In this document: piece after piece, positions 61,630-64,000 of the stretch | How positions within the stretch are numbered: position 1 is the stretch's first letter | Layout: each line of letters opens with the position of its first letter | Source: Paragordius varius | Taxonomy: Eukaryota > Animalia > Nematomorpha | Direction of reading: 5' to 3' | NCBI GenBank assembly: GCA_964247055.1 | Contig: OZ176057.1 | Span: forward strand, 4,898,001-4,962,000 | DNA length: 64,000 nucleotides | The notes under the pieces: model-generated | What the model saw: only the letters and a program-made list of their open reading frames with translations | Database searches by the model: none | Told to the model about the DNA's origin: nothing | Translations under genes and position numbers: made by a program

Positions 61630-62201
61630 TTAACACTTGGATACAAGACATTCATTTTAGTCCTTCGATTCAAATTGGGGTAGTTAAATACCCCAGGCCT
61701 GTTTATAATTAAATTCTTTATAAAATATGGAATGAATCGAAACCATGGCAAATTCTTCCACTTATATAACATTAATAAACCCAAATATATAAAAAGATTT
61801 CAAAAATACTTGATATTACTTATTATAAGCTAAAACCGAAAGGTAAAAATTTAGTCAATGTGACATGCTGGCAATGGAAAAATTGAAAAACAATACAAAA
61901 TAAACAGCCTTTTCTATTTCTATCAATGTCAGATGCAATTTAAATAAAAAATTAGCTATTTTATCCTTAACATAAATAAAGACGATATTTTGCCAAATTT
62001 TTGTAAAATAAAAATTGCGGCCAAGTAGTTTGACATGGAGATTTTATTTCAAAACAAAATTATATTTAGATATTTTGGAATATTTATAAAATTTAGGATA
62101 GAAGCGTAAATTTAAATTGGGACCGTTTCCTTCAGTAGTTTTTTTTAAATCCTTAAATTTAGTCTGGGGTATATAGATACCCCAATTTATCGAAGTGTTA
62201 A
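61630..62201 (+). mobile_element. piggyBac-like MITE family D
   Basis: TTAA|CACTTGGATACAA ... TCGAAGTG|TTAA. Partial copies also at 13834-14235, 14470-14940 and 34941-35180. Confidence 0.88.
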
Positions 62202-63029
62202 AGAGCGACTTTTATTACAATCCCAAAAACTGAAAAACATAATCAAAAAAATTAGACTTATTATCAATATTTTATTTATTAAATATTCGTTTTCATAATT
62301 AAAAAAGGGTAGGTTTTAATTACAACTTTACATTTTTTACCTTTTAAGTGGGTTTATACTCTAGAACGATTATATTTTGAATATTTTAAAAATAAGCGTA
62401 TTAAGCCAAGTGTAAAAATATGTTTTTTAGCCTTTTTCGAACATGATACAAATTCAAAAAAATGCAAAAATTTAAATAACTTTCAAACTTTTTCGCCGCC
62501 ATTTTTATTCTTTTGGATACATATGTAATAGCACATTTGTATATTATTGTTAAAAAATTGTAAACAACTAACTTTGGAAAGCTTTCAGATTGTTTTAACA
62601 GCTTATTTTCAGCTCTTTGCTTCATTCATTTTTTGAAGCTGTCCTATTTTAGGATTCTGGAAGTTAAAAATGTCATAAATATTTTTTTTCTAAAAAATAG
62701 GAACATAATTTCATTTTGACCAAAACAACTTACACAGCAGATTTACAATTTAAACTTTTCCCAAAATATATACGGAATAACAGACCACAGGATTCATGGT
62801 TTTTTTTGACCCAATATTAAAATATTGATTTATTTTAATCGCATGGCCAAACCTCATATGATGGTAATAAAATAAAGTGATGGCGCTAAATAAGTTAAAT
62901 ATTCAATTTAGATGGAAAAAGTGTTAGCTTTTATAATTACGCTAAAAATTTTTATAAATTTTACACCTAAAGTGGGGAAATTACTGAGTTTTAGCCAGTG
63001 AATTTCGAATTTATTTAACTTTATACGGT

Positions 63030-63993
63030 ATGTGCGCATATGATAAACGTGACAAACCACTCAGACTAGTTTTATGGGATTTCAAACAATGCGACAGTAA
63101 AAAATGTACCGGTGCTCGTCTTTTACATTTTGGACTTGTAAAACCAATAAATTTTAAATCATCCTGGACTGGCTTGGTACTTAACCCATACGCAAAATTA
63201 TATGTTTCAAATAATGACAAGTAATGTGTAGTAAATTATTAATGTATAATTTTAGAGACACAATGTTATCAAAAGGTTTGGGATGCGTAGATTGTTCTTG
63301 GAATCAAATTGTGGAAACTGAATTTATGCGTTATAAACCCCACATGTCTCGAAAACTACCCTTTTTGATCGCCGCAAATACGATAAATTATGGGAAACCA
63401 TTTAAATTATCTTGCGTTGAAGCGTATGCTGCATCTCTTTACATAATGGGTAATTATGTTAAAATTAAATTTTTATATCCAATAAATTTTAACTGTAATC
63501 AGACGTCTTTTATTTTTTTAAATTATAAAGTTTTGTTATAGAAACGTTACAGCATTCATTTATTTTATAATTAAAATTTAATGATTTTCTTGAAAATTTC
63601 ATTTATAAATTATTTTTACTAATTTCCAATTTAAAATATCCAAAATTAATATTTTTTAAAGTTTTTAAGAAAACATTTTAATATGCTTTATAAATCATTT
63701 CAAGTTTTACCACATACAAAATCCCTTTTATCATATAATCATATTTTTATCCAAAACAAAATTTTTCATAAACCTTTGCTTTATTTATTATTCTAGGGTT
63801 AATCCAACAAGGCCATGATTTATTAGAGAAATTTAAATGGGGACCAAATTTTTATGAGTTAAATCGACGTCTCTTTAACCAATATGCAGAATGCAAAAAT
63901 AGCGATGAAATCGAAAATGTTCAATCCAAATATGTAACTTTTACCATGCAAGATGGTGTAGAGGGCATATTGATAAAAGGTTTATATTACTAA
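63030..63993 (+). CDS. TSR3: 18S rRNA aminocarboxypropyltransferase TSR3, exons 63030-63220, 63256-63449, 63797-63993
   Basis: Motifs LWDFKQCDSKKCTGARL, GLVLNP, VDCSWN, LPFLIAANTINYGKPFKLSCVEAYAASL and LLEKFKWGPNFYELNRRLFNQYAEC match TSR3. GT-AG introns at 63221-63255 and 63450-63796. The exact start and 3' end are less certain. Confidence 0.92.
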
Positions 63994-64000
63994 AATTCAT

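Overview
Very AT-rich eukaryotic (animal-like, standard code, GT-AG introns) genomic DNA dominated by non-autonomous DNA transposons; I cannot assign a species from the sequence alone. Recognisable genes, reconstructed by hand: the last two exons of mitochondrial ribosomal protein L12 (MRPL12, + strand, 261-2090), an 8-exon ZNF598/Hel2 ribosome-quality-control E3 ligase (- strand, 32453-25751, 976 aa) and TSR3 (+ strand, 63030-63993, with a 35-nt intron). There is also a 4-exon gene I cannot name (- strand, 17980-15161, about 275-279 aa). The main unexpected signal lies in the apparently empty 36-54 kb region. It holds a chain of at least 11 short AG...GT-bounded exons on the - strand (15-51 nt, plus one of 150 nt). 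Every one is a multiple of 3, phase 1-1 and stop-free, and together they encode a Pro/Ser/Thr/Lys/Arg-rich peptide. This is a micro-exon-gene-like architecture, with one exon tandemly duplicated and diverged only at amino-acid-changing positions. None of it appears in the ORF track. Mobile DNA includes a decayed mariner, a hAT element with a perfect 8-bp TSD, RTE-type LINE relics (two with 5' inversions), TTAA-flanked piggyBac-like MITEs, several TA-CAGT MITE families, about 1.15-kb palindromic elements, and a foldback/MITE pair sharing TATACCATTT termini and 21-bp subterminal repeats. The MITE family letters (A-M) are my own labels, and repeat boundaries are approximate unless a TSD is given.
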